From positions 90,559 through 154,558 of the forward strand of contig JBMNLM010000001.1 in NCBI GenBank assembly GCA_050952805.1: a DNA stretch of 64,000 bases. Direction: 5' to 3'. Positions within the stretch are counted from its first letter, which is position 1; the number at the start of each line of letters is the position of its first letter. The stretch is from Bacilli bacterium. GTDB lineage: Bacteria > Bacillota_I > Bacilli_A > RFN20 > CAG-826. A model generated the notes under the pieces. That model worked only from the letters and a program-made list of their open reading frames with translations, was not told the origin of the DNA and searched no databases. Shown piece after piece: positions 62,556 to 64,000 of this stretch. Position numbers and translations under genes: made by a program.

Positions 62556-63503
62556 TTAAAGGTAATTAGGAGCAAAAACGCCTTCATCGAAAGCTTGAAG
62601 TCCCATATATTCGTTAAAAGCGTTAATATTTACGCCTCCTAGCGTAAAACCGAGGCGATTTTCATTATTTCCTTGCGTTAAGGAAATAATTTTTGAATTT
62701 GCACCAAATCGTGCTTTTTGTTTATTTAAATCGCCATATTCATTTAAAAAGCTTATTACTACTTCCGAGTTATTAATAAGATTATTTACATTTTCATCAA
62801 AATTAGCGAAAAATTCATTATATAAATTTGATTTAGCTATAAAATTATCACTTACAAAAATTCCCGCTTGCGGATACCCATCAAACCCCGTTTTACTCTC
62901 CCATTCGTCTTGAAGCGAGATTATACGTGTTAATTTATCTTTTGAAGGATAATCTTCTTGTTCGTTTAAAATCGTAGATAATAAAGGTTCTGCAAGCATT
63001 ACATAATCAACAGCTTCATTATTATATTTTCCTTGTTTTAAAACTGAACCAGCGTCAGTTACGCTATTTACGTAAAATAAATTCGTAATTTCTGGGTATA
63101 TATTCGTTAAGATTTGATTTGTAATCGCTGTTGGACTTCCAAAAGAAATAACGGTGTCACTATCTTTAGGTACATCTGTTTCAGCTTTATTTATCCCAAC
63201 AAGATATAAATTACCTTTGGTAACGATTCTCGCTAATTTAAATTTAGCATTATTTTCCGTGATTTGAGCAATTCCGCGCTTATGATCCATGATTATTACA
63301 TCGTATTCTGATGTTAAAAATTTTGCCTGAATTATACTAACGTTACTATTCGTTTCGAAGTTTTCTTCATTCGCAAACGAGTATAAACTAAGCGATGGTG
63401 CGCCTGCTGGCGACAATATTTTTATGGAAGATAAATTAGGTGTTTTTTTACAACCTAATAGTAATAAAGGAGTGATTATAAGTGTGATAATTCGCTTTTT
63501 CAC
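62556..63503 (-). CDS. ABC substrate-binding lipoprotein (NitT/TauT-like)
   Basis: Lipobox LLLGC; PAGAPSL, LAEP, GYPQAGIFV; adjacent to permease. Confidence 0.8.
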   Translation of the reverse strand: MKKRIITLIITPLLLLGCKKTPNLSSIKILSPAGAPSLSLYSFANEENFETNSNVSIIQAKFLTSEYDVIIMDHKRGIAQITENNAKFKLARIVTKGNLYLVGINKAETDVPKDSDTVISFGSPTAITNQILTNIYPEITNLFYVNSVTDAGSVLKQGKYNNEAVDYVMLAEPLLSTILNEQEDYPSKDKLTRIISLQDEWESKTGFDGYPQAGIFVSDNFIAKSNLYNEFFANFDENVNNLINNSEVVISFLNEYGDLNKQKARFGANSKIISLTQGNNENRLGFTLGGVNINAFNEYMGLQAFDEGVFAPNYL

Positions 63504-63510
63504 TAATAAG

Positions 63511-64000
63511 CTAGTCCTCTAAAATTTCGTTAATTGTGCTACCAATTAGATGACTTGGTTTACTAAGATTAAAGTTCTTTAAGATTGTTGCACCAATATC
63601 TGCAAATGATTCGCGATTTTCTAAAACTCGCCCATTTTTAAGTGCTTTACTATATGCAATAAAAGGAACCATTTCACGTGTATGATCAGTACCGTGCCAC
63701 GTCGGATCGTTGCCATGATCTGCCGTAACGATAATTAAATCATCTTCGCTACTTACTTCTAAGAGTTCTCCTAGTTGCTTATCAAAAGTTTCCATCGCTT
63801 CAGCATAACCCTTAGGATTACGGCGATGGCCATATTCACTATCGAATTCAACAAGATTTACATAAATTAAACCGTTATAATCAGCATTTTTCACTTCTTC
63901 GATTGTCTTATTCATTCCGTCAACATTAGAAACGGTTTTTTGTGTTTTCGTAACGCCGCTATTGTTAAAGATATCGGCAATTTTACCAATACAACTAACC
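63511..64000 (-). CDS. deoB: Phosphopentomutase (3' part; start outside window)
   Basis: IGKIADIF, NLVEFDSEYGHRRN, TADHGNDPT, TDHTREMVP. Confidence 0.93.
   Translation of the reverse strand, partial: VSCIGKIADIFNNSGVTKTQKTVSNVDGMNKTIEEVKNADYNGLIYVNLVEFDSEYGHRRNPKGYAEAMETFDKQLGELLEVSSEDDLIIVTADHGNDPTWHGTDHTREMVPFIAYSKALKNGRVLENRESFADIGATILKNFNLSKPSHLIGSTINEILED

Overview
Chromosomal housekeeping region of a low-GC, genome-reduced Bacilli-type bacterium. It uses the standard code with TGA as stop; an Erysipelotrichales/RFN20-like affiliation is my inference. Gene order follows Bacillus: rarA-dtd-mnmA-alaS(T-box)-ruvX, greA, comEA-comEC-holA-rpsT, fmt, lepA-hemW-hrcA-grpE-dnaK-dnaJ-rsmE-mtaB, rpsU-ybeY-cdd-era-recO-glyQS-dnaG-rpoD-trmK-nif3-ispH-cshB-nfo-ispG, efp-yneF-plsY-parEC, yqeG-yqeH-yhbY-nadD/yqeK. 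The window appears to reach the replication terminus: a 28-bp dif-like site at 60905-60932 lies where gene orientation flips from mostly + to -. The most unusual signal is a family of intergenic direct-repeat arrays (core TTAGT, exact 11-bp period) at five to six loci. Their orientation flips between 41.3 and 52.1 kb. One array precedes a catalytically degenerate Fic/winged-helix gene. Another abuts tandem DnaA boxes in a hairpin about 100 bp from dif, next to an orphan MazF/PemK-like gene. Also present: a nuclease-DinG helicase broken by three +1 homopolymer shifts, an NBD-less C39 peptidase membrane protein, EF-P with Met at the normally modified Lys, a tailed L32, and an rpmG missed by the ORF track. 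I found no rRNA, tRNA, CRISPR array or transposase.
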